A stretch of DNA of 64,000 nt from Hyphomicrobiales bacterium (GTDB lineage Bacteria; Pseudomonadota; Alphaproteobacteria; Rhizobiales; CAJQND01), in contig JANQOW010000066.1 in assembly GCA_028285595.1 (NCBI GenBank), positions 350-64,349 on the forward strand, written 5' to 3'. Positions within the stretch are counted from its first letter, which is position 1, and each line of letters opens with the position of its first letter. Below are positions 62,757-64,000 of the stretch, one piece after another. Below the pieces are notes generated by a model. The model searched no databases. It saw nothing but the letters and a program-made list of their open reading frames with translations, and had not been told where the DNA came from. The translations under genes were made by a program, and so were the position numbers.

Positions 62757-64000
62757 TTAGTAGGCATGTTTACCAAACAAGCACACCACGACGGTTCGAA
62801 TGAGAATTTGAACATCCAGCGACAGGGACCAATTCTCTGCATAAACGTTATCGCTTCGAATGCGGCCCTCTAACTTTTCGTCTGTGTCTGTCGGACCGCG
62901 AAAGCCTCTTACCTGAGCCAATCCTGTAATCCCCGGCTTAACCCGATGACGGGCAAAGTATTCCTTTGTACGCCGAGAGAACTCATCATTGTGATCAAGC
63001 GCGTGGGGGCGCGGTCCAACCAGCGACATGGTGCCACCGAGGACATTGAACAGTTGCGGCAGCTCGTCCAGGCTCCATCGTCTGAGGAACTTGCCAAACC
63101 TCGTGACACGCGGATCGTCTTCAGTGGCTTGAACGGTTACGGCTACGGGTTCTGTTTCGCATCGCATCGTTCGAAACTTCAATACCTCGAACTCTTCATT
63201 GTTGAACCCCAGACGCTTCTGCCGAAAGAGGATCGGCCTGCCACTGTCGATCCAAACTCCAATCGCAATGAGCAGGAGCAGCGGTGCAATGGGGATAAGA
63301 ATTAACGTGGCCAAGACATAGTCCTCGACCGCCTTGATCACCGCATCCCATCCCGCCACAGGTTTACCAACAACCTGATACAAAGGCGCAGCGCCAAAAT
63401 GACTGGGCGGTTTCCTGAATTGAGCGCGATAGCCGATGAGATCTGTGCCCAAGTAAATGTTAACCGGCAGCTCCCTCAGTTTGGAGATAGCTCCAGCAAT
63501 ACGCTCCTCTTCTGCCCAAGGCATGGCGATAATCACGTCATCAATCAGCCCGCTTCTGGCCTCGCGCATGAGATCATTCAAGCTTCCTCGTACCAACACA
63601 CCTTCTGGCAGCGCCTCCTCCAACGCTGCATCCGGCCGCATCAAATCATCATAGATACCTTGGATTTGAACAACTTGGCGACTTTCGTGCGAAAGGACAT
63701 CAACCAGCTTAGAGCATTGCTTGCCGGCACCAAGAATCGCGATCGAGCGCTTGCTGGCAACTTCGCCCCAAAGCTTGCTGACGGCAATTGAAAATCCCAG
63801 GCGAACCACAATGAGCGATACAAAACTCGAGGCCGCAAAGGCGATAAACCAGATCCGTGAGAAGGTCTCCGCCACCTTAATCGAAAACGCTGCAGCCAGC
63901 AGAAAGAAGTACGCGGTGATGACCGCAACAAAAATGCCAGACAGAAACTTCAGTGGTTTCGAAACCGCATCATGACGATACAGTCCGCCAAAATGCATCA
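62757..64000 (-). CDS. polyprenyl-phosphate hexose-1-phosphate (priming) sugar transferase, WcaJ/EpsB-like; 5' end probably outside the window
   Basis: C-terminal bacterial sugar transferase domain ([46 protein letters not shown]), central Rossmann-like domain and N-terminal TM helices. Confidence 0.85.
   Translation of the reverse strand, partial: MHFGGLYRHDAVSKPLKFLSGIFVAVITAYFFLLAAAFSIKVAETFSRIWFIAFAASSFVSLIVVRLGFSIAVSKLWGEVASKRSIAILGAGKQCSKLVDVLSHESRQVVQIQGIYDDLMRPDAALEEALPEGVLVRGSLNDLMREARSGLIDDVIIAMPWAEEERIAGAISKLRELPVNIYLGTDLIGYRAQFRKPPSHFGAAPLYQVVGKPVAGWDAVIKAVEDYVLATLILIPIAPLLLLIAIGVWIDSGRPILFRQKRLGFNNEEFEVLKFRTMRCETEPVAVTVQATEDDPRVTRFGKFLRRWSLDELPQLFNVLGGTMSLVGPRPHALDHNDEFSRRTKEYFARHRVKPGITGLAQVRGFRGPTDTDEKLEGRIRSDNVYAENWSLSLDVQILIRTVVVCLFGKHAY

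Noticed and set aside
1-64000. Search by eye for rRNA, tRNA, transposase/IS ends, integrase, phage, toxin-antitoxin or known defence genes
   Set aside because: None recognised. Intergenic regions are short except those listed, and none shows cloverleaf-like or IS-terminal inverted-repeat structure. This is a visual scan only; tRNAscan-SE, ISfinder or DefenseFinder would be needed for a definitive negative.

Overview
64 kb of high-GC, alphaproteobacterium-like chromosome (taxon is inference only). It is densely coding: 58 CDS called. I recognised no rRNA, tRNA, CRISPR array, transposase or integrase. All functional calls come from reading motifs in the supplied translations by eye; no database search was run. 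Layout: (1) 1-7.3 kb holds the tail of a formate-dehydrogenase-N-like operon (FeS subunit, cytochrome b, then a WD40/c-type cytochrome fusion). It is followed by a protease and a translationally coupled operon of uncharacterised proteins, one of which looks like a biotin/lipoate-ligase-fold protein. (2) 7.3-14.1 kb holds a stand-alone A-T-TE NRPS-like enzyme, a secreted protein, an orphan corrinoid protein, and DUF1963-like and DUF4166-like proteins. (3) 14.2-22.6 kb is an amine-type catabolic cluster: GbsR-like regulator, single-chain triple RidA, FAD oxidase, glutamine-synthetase-like ligase, acyl-CoA-type ligase, Rieske oxygenase and GlxA/AraC regulator. (4) 25.5-29.4 kb is the most unusual locus. 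It encodes a secreted protein with about 45 CNPC cysteine repeats fused to a cytochrome P460-like C-terminal domain. Directly upstream are a secreted formylglycine-generating-enzyme-like protein and a His-rich unknown. (5) 31.3-33.6 kb is a lower-GC islet with an FkbM methyltransferase and a VPLPA-CTERM sorting-signal protein. (6) 34-46.5 kb carries housekeeping and metabolic genes plus the ATP-grasp / alpha-E / transglutaminase / Anbu proteasome-like operon. (7) 46.6-64 kb is a clearly lower-GC accessory locus (about 48% versus about 67% in the single lines I hand-counted) that begins at the 5' end of dusA. It encodes UDP-xylose synthase, a FemAB-like GNAT, an adenylation-ACP fusion, a thioesterase, a GT2 / flippase-like / FAD-oxidoreductase operon, a polytopic membrane protein, an XrtD-type exosortase-EpsI fusion and a priming sugar transferase. 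A conserved GAAA-loop hairpin element recurs just 3' of three unrelated plus-strand genes.
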